Shown in pieces: positions 10,010 through 19,591 of a stretch of DNA of 64,000 nt. Source of the stretch: an uncultured Clostridia bacterium (lineage in GTDB: Bacteria > Bacillota > Clostridia > TANB77 > CAG-508); the NCBI GenBank assembly GCA_947632585.1, contig CANRPS010000002.1:8232-72231 (forward strand), written 5' to 3'. The position numbers and the translations under genes were made by a program. Under the pieces are notes generated by a model. That model was not told where the DNA came from. It did no database searches and worked only from the letters and a program-made list of their open reading frames with translations. Within the stretch, counting starts at the first letter, position 1, and the number at the start of each line of letters is the position of its first letter.

Positions 10010-10912
10010 ATGGTTTTTAAAGATTATTACAAAATTTTGGAACTAAAGACAAATAGAGTATCTTCAGATCAAATTAAAAATGCATACAGACTAGCAGTTA
10101 AAAAAAATCATCCGGATTTAAATATACAAGATAAACTAGCTGAAGAGAAAATTAAAGATATAAATGAAGCATATAGAGTACTTTCAGACATGACATCAAA
10201 AAGAAAATACGATAAAATTTGGAATAGACATAATTCTCAAATAAAACAAGACCAATATAAAGAAGAAAATAGAAAAACAAATTCTGCTTTTGGAGAATTT
10301 TTTAATATGTTTTTTGGAAACATTGAAAATGTGGAAGAAAAACCAATTGAAAAGAAAAAAGATAAAAATCCAATACAGGGTGAAAATATAGAAACAACTA
10401 TAGATGTCGATTTAGAAGAAGTATTTTATGGATTAGATAAAAAAATATCTCTCAGGACAATTGATGGTAAGATGAAAGTGTTTACTATTGCTATTCCTGC
10501 TGGCCTTCGAAATGGAGAAAAAATAAGATTAATAGGACAGGGAAAAGAAGGAATTGATGGCGGAAAAAATGGAGATTTATTTATAAAAGTTAATATAAAA
10601 GATAACAATAAATTTAAATTAAAAGGAAATGACTTATATACATATTTGTATCTTACACCATGGGAAGCAGCATTAGGAACAAAAACAATGGTATATTCAA
10701 TTGATGAAGGTACAGAAATTTCAATTCCAGAAGGAATAGGAAGTGGAGAGACAATTAAAATTCAAGGAAAAGGCTACAAAGATGGAAAAGGAAGCAGAGG
10801 AGATTTAATAGTAGAGGTTAATATTAAAGTTCCTAAGAGTCTAAGCGTTGAAGAAAAAAAATTATTTAAAAAGTTAAGTACAATCTCAAGCTTTAATCCT
10901 AGAAAAACATAG
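10010..10912 (+). CDS. DnaJ-domain protein (CbpA-like co-chaperone lacking a Zn finger)
   Basis: J domain with HPD motif (KKNHPDLN). C-terminal DnaJ_C-like beta domains with GKG repeats. RBS ggagagg before the ATG at 10010. Confidence 0.7.
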   Translation: MVFKDYYKILELKTNRVSSDQIKNAYRLAVKKNHPDLNIQDKLAEEKIKDINEAYRVLSDMTSKRKYDKIWNRHNSQIKQDQYKEENRKTNSAFGEFFNMFFGNIENVEEKPIEKKKDKNPIQGENIETTIDVDLEEVFYGLDKKISLRTIDGKMKVFTIAIPAGLRNGEKIRLIGQGKEGIDGGKNGDLFIKVNIKDNNKFKLKGNDLYTYLYLTPWEAALGTKTMVYSIDEGTEISIPEGIGSGETIKIQGKGYKDGKGSRGDLIVEVNIKVPKSLSVEEKKLFKKLSTISSFNPRKT

Positions 10913-11025
10913 TTTTACTTAAATACTATTGACATAAAATCTAGTAAATGATATAATAATAGATGGTTGTTAAATACAAATGAGTAATCTATGTTATAAA
11001 ATCATAGAAAATGGAGGAATTTAAA

Positions 11026-11559
11026 ATGGAATCATTGGAGGGTAAACATTTTAGTATAACGGATCCAAAAGGAGTAAATACAGTTATTTACGAGGTTTAT
11101 AAAACTGATAAGGAATACTTAGATAAATACCCTAAATATACTGTTGAAAGATTAAATTCGACTGAACAATTTGTAGGAGACCTAAAGAAAAAAACGTTTT
11201 ATGTAGAAGACCCACAAGAAAAGGGAAATCAATTAGTAATATTTTCTTTTGCAAAAGATAGGGTTGTTATTAATAATGGCTTATTAATTAAAGATGAGGT
11301 AAAAATTTCTAAAAAGCCTGTGCCATTTAAATATAATACTATTTATTCAGAAGAAATGACAGAATTAAAAGACTTTAAATATACGCCTAATTTAAAAAGA
11401 GCGATTACAATTATAGATCCAGAAACAGCTGAAGAAATAAAGCCGGTTCTTTATTATGATGAGGAAGCGGACGAAGTAAAAGGCAAATGTAAATTAAAAC
11501 CATACAAATCATATTTCGCATTCGAAATTAGAGACGATAATAACAAGGAGGAAACCTAA
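11026..11559 (+). CDS. Hypothetical protein
   Basis: ORF with RBS ggagg. No recognisable domain. First gene of a 3-gene cassette with tightly spaced starts. Confidence 0.5.
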   Translation: MESLEGKHFSITDPKGVNTVIYEVYKTDKEYLDKYPKYTVERLNSTEQFVGDLKKKTFYVEDPQEKGNQLVIFSFAKDRVVINNGLLIKDEVKISKKPVPFKYNTIYSEEMTELKDFKYTPNLKRAITIIDPETAEEIKPVLYYDEEADEVKGKCKLKPYKSYFAFEIRDDNNKEET

Positions 11560-11561
11560 AA

Positions 11562-11795
11562 ATGACAAGTAAAGAGAAACAAGCTAAAATTGATGAAATG
11601 CAAGCTCAAATAGACAAACTTAAGGAACATAGAAGACCATGTGATGGGGACGATAAATTTGCGATAGATGCATTAGCTGCTGCAGATAACAGAAATCATA
11701 AATTAGAAGTTATAAAAGGAACGGAAGCTACTATTACAGAAAAAGAAGCGACTATTAAAGCATTTGATAATAGAGAGAAAGAAGAATCTAGATAA
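11562..11795 (+). CDS. Small coiled-coil hypothetical protein
   Basis: 77 aa. RBS aaggagg is embedded in the end of the previous gene. Confidence 0.5.
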   Translation: MTSKEKQAKIDEMQAQIDKLKEHRRPCDGDDKFAIDALAAADNRNHKLEVIKGTEATITEKEATIKAFDNREKEESR

Positions 11796-11827
11796 CAAAA
11801 CCAAAGAGAAGGAAGAGGATAAGTAAT

Positions 11828-13879
11828 ATGGGTTATAGAATAGAAGGATCCTTAAGAAAAAATAAATTTGTACTTATAATTGCATTAGTACTATGGCTAA
11901 TGATGGCCATAGTACTTGTTATGCCGTTAACTTGTGGTTTATATCAAATAGAATTAGCAGGTAAATTTGATTCAGGAGGATTTGCACAAGTATTTTCAAG
12001 AGCTGCTACTAATCCTATAATAGGTTTTAAAAATATTTTTAGACATCATTTATTTTTTAATTACATAAAAAATCTATTTGGATTTTCATTATTTTATGTG
12101 GTTATAGTTGCCATAGGATTAATAAGAACAATGCCTAAACATAGATATACGGACATAGAGCATGGTTCAAGTGATTGGAGTGAAAACGGAGAGCAATATA
12201 GAGTATTAAGTAAAAATAAAGGAATCATTCTTGCTGAAAGAAATTATTTACCTATTGATAAAAGAGGAAATGTAAACGTATTAGTAGTCGGAGGTTCAGG
12301 TTCTGGTAAATCTGCATCTTATTCAATACCAAATGCATATCAAAGACTTGGATCATATGTATTTACAGATCCAAAAGGTGAGTTATATGATAGAACAGCG
12401 GGATATTTAAAAGAAAATGGATATAAAATTAAGGTTTTAAATTTAGTACATCCACAATTTAGTGATGGATATAATCCATTGATGCATGTTTCATCAGAGA
12501 TAGATGTTGATGTTATAGCAAATACTATTGTTAAAGGACAAAAAACAGAAGGTTCAGGTTCAGATCCATTCTGGGATGATTCTGCAGAGGTATTGTTAAA
12601 AGCATTGATTTATTATTTATTAGCAACAAGACCACCAGAAGAACAGAATTTAGCCAGCTGTGCAGAACTTGTTAGAGCAGCGAATTCAAATGGAGGTAGC
12701 AATTTACTTACTGAACTTATGAGCGAACTTCCATATGATCACCCTGCAAGAATGAATTATAAATCTATAGAAATAGCACCAGAAAAAACTTATAGTTCTA
12801 TTTTAAGTACTTTACAATCAAAACTTGGAAAATTTGATTCAAAGGAAATAGCAGAACTTACATCAACAGATACGATTAATTTTGAAGAAATAGGAACAGA
12901 AAAAACAGCAGTTTATGTAATATCTTCAGATACACATGGAGCATATGACTTTTTACTTACAATATTTTTTGCACAAATGATACAACAACTATATGATTTT
13001 GCTGATAATAATGGTGGAAAATTAAAAGAAAGAACATACTTCATTTTGGATGAGTTCGCTAATATAGGAAGAATACCAGATTTTGATAAAAAAATATCAA
13101 CATCAAGAAGTAGAGGAATATCATTTAGTGTTATACTACAAAACTTAGATCAACTAGAAGCAATATATGAAAAAGCACATGAAACAATAATTGGTAACTG
13201 CGATACACATGTATTTTTAGGAAGTAACTCTCAAAAAACAGTAGAATATTTTTCAAAAGCTTTAGGAGAAAAAACAATTTCTCGTGAAAGTATGTCTATA
13301 AATAGAGATAGAGATTATAAAAAAACTGGAACAAGTGATTCAGAACAAATAATGGCTAGAGCATTAATGACACCAGATGAATTAAGAAGAATGGACAATG
13401 ACCTTTGTATTATTTTCGAAAAAGGAATAAGACCAATAAAGGCACAAAAATACTATTACTTTAAGAAACCGATGGCAAGAGAAATGGAAGTCCTTGAAAT
13501 TAGCCACAATGATATAGGTGAAATTGAAAGAGGAACATGGAGAAAATATAATCCTTACAATCCATATGTTGAAGAAGAAAAAGAAGAAGATACTAATTTA
13601 AAAATAGAATCTTTAGATGATTTATTTGATGAAGAAAAATCAGAGGATAAAAAGGAAGAAAATAAAGAGGTTGTTGGAGAAAATGTTGAGGTAAAACCAG
13701 AACATAAATCTAAAGCAAAGAAAGAAAATCAGGAAAATAATAATGAACAAGAAACATCAGATGATGATGCACCAATGCTTCCTATGGAAGGAGAGCCGGA
13801 CGAAGAATATGACTTACAAAAAGAATTAGAAGCAAAATTTGATGAATTATTTGGACCTATGGATGACGAAGACGAATAA
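11828..13879 (+). CDS. TraG/TraD/VirD4-family type IV coupling-protein-like ATPase
   Basis: Two N-terminal TM helices. Walker A VLVVGGSGSGKSAS, Walker B-like FILDEFANIG. Acidic C-terminal tail. GC is slightly above the local background. Confidence 0.7.
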   Translation: MGYRIEGSLRKNKFVLIIALVLWLMMAIVLVMPLTCGLYQIELAGKFDSGGFAQVFSRAATNPIIGFKNIFRHHLFFNYIKNLFGFSLFYVVIVAIGLIRTMPKHRYTDIEHGSSDWSENGEQYRVLSKNKGIILAERNYLPIDKRGNVNVLVVGGSGSGKSASYSIPNAYQRLGSYVFTDPKGELYDRTAGYLKENGYKIKVLNLVHPQFSDGYNPLMHVSSEIDVDVIANTIVKGQKTEGSGSDPFWDDSAEVLLKALIYYLLATRPPEEQNLASCAELVRAANSNGGSNLLTELMSELPYDHPARMNYKSIEIAPEKTYSSILSTLQSKLGKFDSKEIAELTSTDTINFEEIGTEKTAVYVISSDTHGAYDFLLTIFFAQMIQQLYDFADNNGGKLKERTYFILDEFANIGRIPDFDKKISTSRSRGISFSVILQNLDQLEAIYEKAHETIIGNCDTHVFLGSNSQKTVEYFSKALGEKTISRESMSINRDRDYKKTGTSDSEQIMARALMTPDELRRMDNDLCIIFEKGIRPIKAQKYYYFKKPMAREMEVLEISHNDIGEIERGTWRKYNPYNPYVEEEKEEDTNLKIESLDDLFDEEKSEDKKEENKEVVGENVEVKPEHKSKAKKENQENNNEQETSDDDAPMLPMEGEPDEEYDLQKELEAKFDELFGPMDDEDE

Positions 13880-13890
13880 TTAAATAAAAA

Positions 13891-13933
13891 GGGAACACTT
13901 AAGATATAAAATTAAGTGTTCCTCTTGTTTTTA
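13891..13933 (+). terminator. Rho-independent terminator
   Basis: gggaacacttaa/ttaagtgttcc stem plus T-tract. Confidence 0.6.
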
Positions 13934-13981
13934 TGGCAAAAAAGTAGTATAATTACAATATTGTTGGAAAGGAAAATTTTT

Positions 13982-15040
13982 ATGTTTGAAAAATTAGAGT
14001 TAGTAGAGAAAAGATATGATGAACTTACGATACAAATAAGTGATCCTAAAATTATAAGTAACAATAATGAATGGAAAAAACTTGTTAAAGAACATAGCTC
14101 AATGGAAGATGTTGTTACAAAGTATAGAGAATATAAAAAAACAGAAAATGATATGAATGAAGCTAAAGAAATGATGGAAGATCCTGAGATGAAAGATTTG
14201 GCAGAAGAAGAATATTATTCATCAAAGGAAAAACTAGAAAAATTAGAAGAAGAACTTAAAATTTTATTGATACCAAAAGATCCAAATGATGATAAAAGTG
14301 TAATTTGTGAAATAAGAAGTGGAGCTGGAGGAGAAGAAGCGGCACTATTTGCAGGAACTTTATTTAGAATGTATGGAATGTATGCTGAAAGAAAACATTG
14401 GACAATAGAAGTACTAAACGAAAATGCAACAGAGCTTGGAGGATATAAAGAAATTTCCTTTATGGTAACAGGAAAAGGTGCATATAGTAGATTGAAATTT
14501 GAAAGTGGTGTTCATAGGGTTCAACGTGTACCAGATACTGAAAGCAGTGGAAGAATACATACATCAGCTGCTACAGTTGCAGTATTACCTGTAGTAGAAG
14601 ATATAGAAATCGACATAAATCCAGCAGATATTAAGATGGAAGTGTTTAGGGCATCAGGGGCAGGAGGACAACATATTAATAAAACATCATCTGCAGTAAG
14701 ACTTATTCATATACCAACAGGAATTGTTGCAGAATGTCAAACACAAAGATCACAGCTACAAAATAGAGAGTATGCAATGAATTTGTTAAAATCAAGATTG
14801 TATGATATAGAAAAACAAAAACAAGATAGTGAAATTGCAAATACAAGAAAAAGTCAAGTAGGATCAGGAGATAGGAGCGAAAAAATAAGAACATATAATT
14901 ACCCTCAAGGAAGAATAACAGACCACAGAATAGGATTTAGTATCTATCAAATGGAAAACTTTTTAAATGGAGATTTAGATGAAATGATAGATAACTTGAT
15001 TGCAGCAGATAGGGCTGATAAATTAAAAGGTGATGAATAA
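13982..15040 (+). CDS. prfA: Peptide chain release factor 1
   Basis: GGQ motif ([11 protein letters not shown]), RF1-type PxT tripeptide region ([13 protein letters not shown]). About 352 aa from the ATG at 13982. No RF2-style frameshift. Confidence 0.85.
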   Translation: MFEKLELVEKRYDELTIQISDPKIISNNNEWKKLVKEHSSMEDVVTKYREYKKTENDMNEAKEMMEDPEMKDLAEEEYYSSKEKLEKLEEELKILLIPKDPNDDKSVICEIRSGAGGEEAALFAGTLFRMYGMYAERKHWTIEVLNENATELGGYKEISFMVTGKGAYSRLKFESGVHRVQRVPDTESSGRIHTSAATVAVLPVVEDIEIDINPADIKMEVFRASGAGGQHINKTSSAVRLIHIPTGIVAECQTQRSQLQNREYAMNLLKSRLYDIEKQKQDSEIANTRKSQVGSGDRSEKIRTYNYPQGRITDHRIGFSIYQMENFLNGDLDEMIDNLIAADRADKLKGDE

Positions 15041-15044
15041 AAAA

Positions 15045-15079
15045 GAAAATGTAGTTATTTTACTACATTTTCTTTTTTC
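15045..15079 (+). terminator. Rho-independent terminator after prfA
   Basis: gaaaatgtagt/actacattttc stem plus T6. Confidence 0.65.
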
Positions 15080-15081
15080 GA

Positions 15082-15110
15082 TTGACATAATATAAAAAAG
15101 TAGATATAAT
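15082..15110 (+). promoter_or_regulatory. Consensus sigma-A promoter (TTGACA-17-TATAAT)
   Basis: ttgaca at 15082-15087, 17-nt spacer, tataat at 15105-15110. Confidence 0.6.
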
Positions 15111-15181
15111 AAGCATATGAATTAGTTAAAGTCCTCTCCATAACCTATTTAACTAATTCAAATAAAAATAGGAGTGGTGTT

Positions 15182-15688
15182 ATGAATAAGAACGAATTAG
15201 TTTTGTTTGTAAAACACCAAATCCAGAAACTGAAAAAACAAAAAGTAGCTGACATGATGAGGGAGGGTGATAGCAAGAAACTACTCAAGGTAATTCATGA
15301 AATAGATATCTCTGCTTTTAAAAACGTAAAAAGGCCGGAATTCTCATTCAGAGAACTTCAAGTTAATGATGCGGACGGAATTATGGCACTATGCTTCTAC
15401 ATTTGGGCTAATCTATATGTAGATGGAGGTGACCTATACTTCTTTAACAAAGAAGGAATAATTGAATTCTGGGATGCAATAGAAGAAAAATGTGATACAT
15501 GGGGAAATAGTATGTCTATAGTTCTACGAGAAGTGCGAGTATTGAATCAAGTAGACTATGATTGTTACCTCGGTATGACAATTGAAGAGCTCTTGCATCC
15601 AGAAACAATTGTGTCCGTAAACATTAAAGAATTTGAAGAAATCGATGAAGATTTCGGAGATGATTATTTTTTTGAAGCAGAAGACTGA
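15182..15688 (+). CDS. Hypothetical acidic protein encoded by an orphan higher-GC gene
   Basis: 168 aa. About 37% GC versus roughly 25% in the flanks. Own promoter and terminator. No recognisable domain. Confidence 0.5.
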   Translation: MNKNELVLFVKHQIQKLKKQKVADMMREGDSKKLLKVIHEIDISAFKNVKRPEFSFRELQVNDADGIMALCFYIWANLYVDGGDLYFFNKEGIIEFWDAIEEKCDTWGNSMSIVLREVRVLNQVDYDCYLGMTIEELLHPETIVSVNIKEFEEIDEDFGDDYFFEAED

Positions 15689-15730
15689 CATTTCATTGAA
15701 TTTAGTTCCAAAATGACACTGGAGAGGACA

Positions 15731-15769
15731 CGAACCGATAGAAAATATATCTATCGGTTCGTTTTTATT
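15731..15769. terminator. Bidirectional terminator
   Basis: cgaaccgatag/ctatcggttcg stem plus T5. Confidence 0.65.
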
Positions 15770-17269
15770 CAATTTCATATCTTTTTAAATTTTTAAAAGC
15801 TGGATCATATATATTTTTACCTGTATAATCATAACGAGAACCATGACAAGGACAATCCCATGTTTTATCTAAATTATTCCATGTAAGTAAACATCCTAGA
15901 TGAGTACAAGTTGGATTTACAGCATATATTTTTCCGTATAAATCTTTATAAATACCCACACTTTTATTTGATAATTTAATAATTGCACCATTATCTCTTT
16001 TTATTTTTGAAATAGAATCAGGAGTAATTTTTATTCTGTTTGTTATAAAAGCCTTAAAACTTTCATTTCCCATGTTTTTTAATTCAGTTCTATTTTTTAT
16101 AGGATTTAATCTTAAAGAATTAAAAACAAAGCTATATTTATTTTCATTATTTAAAATGTTGTCTTTTATAATATTTGCAGCAACATTGGAAGTAGTCATT
16201 CCCCATTTATTAAAACCTGTTGCAACATATACGTTTGGAGAAAATGATGATAAATTACCTATATATGGGATTTTATCTAATGTAATGCAATCTCGAGTAT
16301 TCCATTTATATAAAACTTCTAATTTGGGATAATATTTCTTTGCAAGGTCTTCTAACTTTTTATAAGTGTCAACCTCTGTTGGAGCAAAACCTGTTTTATG
16401 ATCTGCTCCAGCTAAAATGAGTAATTTTTTATTTTCAAAATCAACACTTCTAAAAGAATAAATTGGCTCTTCTGTATTTATATACATCCCATCAAAAAGT
16501 TCTGTTTTTGTATCTATTGCTAAAACATATGAGGTTGACTGATACATTTTAGCAAAATAAAATCCGAAGTATTTTCTTAAATGGATAATGAGATGCAATA
16601 ATTATATTTTTTGATTTTATTTCATGATTATTTACAAATGTTGTACAATTATTTCCATAATATTTAAAATTGGAAGCTATACTATTACAAAAAATCAAAG
16701 AGCCATTTTTTATAATTGCATTTGCTAATCCATACATATATTTAACTGGATTAAATCCGTGCTTGATTAGGATTTTCAATCGCTCCTGATATTTTAAAAG
16801 GTAACTCAGTATTTGTAACAAAATTAACTTCTTCTCCAAGTTCATGTAAAGCTTGAATTTCAGAGTGTATTTTAACTAATTCATCTTGATTTGTTGTATA
16901 TACATAATTTGACTGATATTCAAAATCACAATCAATATTTTCAGTATCTATTATATTTTTAATATTTACTATAGCCTCTTTATTTGCATCAAGATAACCT
17001 TTAGCAAATTCTTTTCCATAAGATTTGATTAAATGATTATATATTAAATTATGTTGATAAGTAATTTTAGCAGTAGAATGTCCACTTGTTTTTTGACCTA
17101 ATAAATCCTTTTCAACTATAATTACTTTAAGTCCTGCTTTAGATAAGTAATATCCACAGGTCAGACCTACTAAACCACCTCCAATTATACATACGTCACA
17201 AGTATAATCTGCTTTTAATTCATCATATGATTTAAGATTTTTAAAAGAATTTATCCAATAAGAATTCAA
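15765..17269 (-). CDS. FAD-dependent oxidoreductase with C-terminal Rieske [2Fe-2S] domain, split into three frames at two in-frame CGG codons
   Basis: N-terminal GxGxxG (IIGGGLVGLTCGY). C-terminal Rieske motifs CTHLGC ... CPCHGS. The three ORFs 16751-17269, 16549-16845 and 15765-16598 join into one protein if C-GGA is read as Gly at complement(16757-16759) and complement(16564-16566). Confidence 0.6.
16564..16566 (-). other. In-frame CGG at a +1 frame junction (ctt CGG att tta; +1 gives L-G-F-Y)
   Basis: Seen in sequence. The zero frame stops 5 codons later. Confidence 0.6.
16757..16759 (-). other. In-frame CGG at a +1 frame junction (reads gca CGG att taa; +1 gives A-G-F-N)
   Basis: Seen in sequence. 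The zero frame stops 2 codons downstream. The +1 frame continues the homologous protein. Confidence 0.6.
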
Positions 17270-17420
17270 AAACTCACCTTCTTTTATATTTATTATTACA
17301 AAAAATATAAATTTTATTATTTTTTAAATAAAAAATTAAATAAGAATAATTTAATAAAATATATGGAAAAATAAAAGTTAAAGTGATATAATCATAAAAA
17401 CAAATGAAGGAGGAAGAAAA

Positions 17421-18821
17421 GTGGACGAAGGTTTAAAAGAAAAATTAGTTAATAAAAAAGAAAATGGTTGGAAAGACTTACCTAATGATAAATTTAACCA
17501 AATATTTGATTTCTGTAATGGTTATATGGAATTTTTAAATCGTTCAAAAATTGAAAGAGAATTTGTTACTAATTCTGTTAATCTAGCTAGATCAAATGGA
17601 TTTAGAGATATAAATGAAATGGAAAAATTAAAAGCAGGAGATAAAGTATTTTTTGTAAATAGAGATAAAAGTATGTATTTAGCAGTAATTGGTGAAGAAA
17701 AACTAGAAGAGGGATTACATATAGTTGGAGCACATATAGATTCACCAAGATTAGATTTAAAACCAAATCCATTATACGAAGAAGGAGAATTAGCATATTT
17801 TAATACACATTATTATGGTGGTATAAAAAAATATCAATGGACAACAATTCCATTAAGTATACATGGAGTTATAGTAAAATCAAATGGAGAAAAAATTACA
17901 ATTAATATTGGCGAAGATGAAAATGATCCTATATTTACAATTACAGATTTATTACCACATTTAGCAAAAGATCAAGAAGCAAAAAAATTAGGTAATGCAA
18001 TAGAAGGAGAAAATTTAGACTTATTAGTTGGAAGCATTCCTATTTTAGATGATAAAGCAAAAGATAAAGTAAAATTAAATGTACTAAAAATTTTAAATGA
18101 AAAATATGGAATTACTGAAACAGATTTTGTAAGTTCAGAACTTGAATTAGTGCCAGCATTTAAAGTGCGTTCTTTAGGATTTGATTATGGAATGGTTGCA
18201 GGATATGGTCAAGATGATAAAGTATGTAGTTATACAGCTTTAAGAGCATTAATGGAAATAACAATTCCTAAAAAAACTTCAATATGTATTTTATCAGATA
18301 AAGAAGAAATTGGAAGTATGGGAAATACAGGAATGGAATCACATGTATTTGATTACTTTATTTCTGAATTATTAAATAAAACAGGGGAAAATAGAGTAAA
18401 CTTATTAGATAAAGTATTTTGCTATTCAAAAATGTTATCTTCTGATGTCGATGCAGGCTTTGATCCACTATATGCAAGTGTTTCAGATACAACAAACGCA
18501 GGATTTTTAGGAAAAGGAATAAGTATTAATAAATATACAGGAGCAAGAGGAAAAGCTGGTGCTTCTGATGCAAATGCTGAATATGTTGCATGGGTAAGAA
18601 ATTTACTAGAAGAAAATGAAATTAAATATCAAGTTGCAGAACTTGGAAAAGTTGATATAGGTGGTGGAGGAACAATTGCATACATTTTAGCCAATAAAGG
18701 TGTAGATGTAATAGATTGTGGAGTGCCAGTTCTTTCAATGCATGCACCATATGAAGTAACAAGTAAATTTGATATTTATGAAGCATATAGAACTTATAAA
18801 GCATTTTGGGAAAAAGATTAA
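17421..18821 (+). CDS. M18-family aminopeptidase
   Basis: GAHIDSP, GYGQDDK, DKEEIGSMG and MHAPYE motifs of the aspartyl aminopeptidase family. GTG start after a GGAGG RBS. Confidence 0.75.
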   Translation: MDEGLKEKLVNKKENGWKDLPNDKFNQIFDFCNGYMEFLNRSKIEREFVTNSVNLARSNGFRDINEMEKLKAGDKVFFVNRDKSMYLAVIGEEKLEEGLHIVGAHIDSPRLDLKPNPLYEEGELAYFNTHYYGGIKKYQWTTIPLSIHGVIVKSNGEKITINIGEDENDPIFTITDLLPHLAKDQEAKKLGNAIEGENLDLLVGSIPILDDKAKDKVKLNVLKILNEKYGITETDFVSSELELVPAFKVRSLGFDYGMVAGYGQDDKVCSYTALRALMEITIPKKTSICILSDKEEIGSMGNTGMESHVFDYFISELLNKTGENRVNLLDKVFCYSKMLSSDVDAGFDPLYASVSDTTNAGFLGKGISINKYTGARGKAGASDANAEYVAWVRNLLEENEIKYQVAELGKVDIGGGGTIAYILANKGVDVIDCGVPVLSMHAPYEVTSKFDIYEAYRTYKAFWEKD

Positions 18822-18831
18822 AAATAAAAAT

Positions 18832-18876
18832 AAAACCTTTTAATAAACTAAATATATTAAAAGGTTTTATTTTTTA
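18832..18876. terminator. Bidirectional terminator
   Basis: aaaacctttta/taaaaggtttt stem with T-tract. Confidence 0.6.
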
Positions 18877-19512
18877 TTATCTTATAAAATTTGTAAAATG
18901 TATAGTTTCTTGGGTAGGTGGTAAAATACCTTTTTCTTTACCAGCTTTGATACAATTTAAGTAATAAGCCATATTTTTACCAAGAATTCTCATAACTTGC
19001 ATACCTTCTTCATCTTTAAGTACCTCATCTGGAGTGTTACCATGAACCATATTCCAATATCTCGAAGAAATAATAGGCATTTCAGAAATACCAAAATATT
19101 TGTTAAACTGATCATATGTAGCAGTTGTACCTGCTCTTCTTGCTGATATTACAGATGAAGCGGGCTTGAATCTAAAAATATTTCCTTTACCTGATTGAAA
19201 AGAAGCATAAAAAACTCTATCCATAAAACTTGTAATATTTCCTCCCATAGCCGCATAGTGAACAGGAGAACCAAAAATGAAACCATCAGCATCTTTTGCT
19301 TTTTCTATAAATAAATTTACAGAGTCATCAAAAACACATTTACCTAAACTTTGACATTTTTTACAAGAAATACAACCACTAATAGGTTTATTGCCAATCC
19401 AGAAAATTTCGGTTTCAATACCATTTTCATTTAGACTTTTTTCAACTTCTTTTAAAGCTGTATAAGTACAACCTTCTTTATGAGGACTACCATTAACTAA
19501 TAAAACTTTCAT
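18877..19512 (-). CDS. Iron-sulfur flavoprotein / NADPH-dependent FMN reductase-like flavodoxin-fold protein
   Basis: MKVLLVNGSPHKEG N-terminus and a Cys cluster CISCKKCQSLGKC. RBS aaaggaa before the ATG at complement 19512. Confidence 0.65.
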   Translation of the reverse strand: MKVLLVNGSPHKEGCTYTALKEVEKSLNENGIETEIFWIGNKPISGCISCKKCQSLGKCVFDDSVNLFIEKAKDADGFIFGSPVHYAAMGGNITSFMDRVFYASFQSGKGNIFRFKPASSVISARRAGTTATYDQFNKYFGISEMPIISSRYWNMVHGNTPDEVLKDEEGMQVMRILGKNMAYYLNCIKAGKEKGILPPTQETIHFTNFIR

Positions 19513-19559
19513 AAAACAAATTCCTTTCTTTTTATAATATGCTGAAACTTTAAAAATAG

Positions 19560-19588
19560 ACATCACCCCAAAAATCGTTGGGGTGAAA
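19560..19588 (-). terminator. Terminator of valS
   Basis: caccccaa/ttggggtg stem immediately after the valS stop. Confidence 0.55.
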
Positions 19589-19591
19589 TTA

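Noticed and set aside
13916-13981. ORF-track start of prfA at 13916 ([11 protein letters not shown]...)
   Set aside because: The extension runs through the upstream terminator hairpin and has no RBS. The conserved RF1 N-terminus begins at the ATG at 13982.
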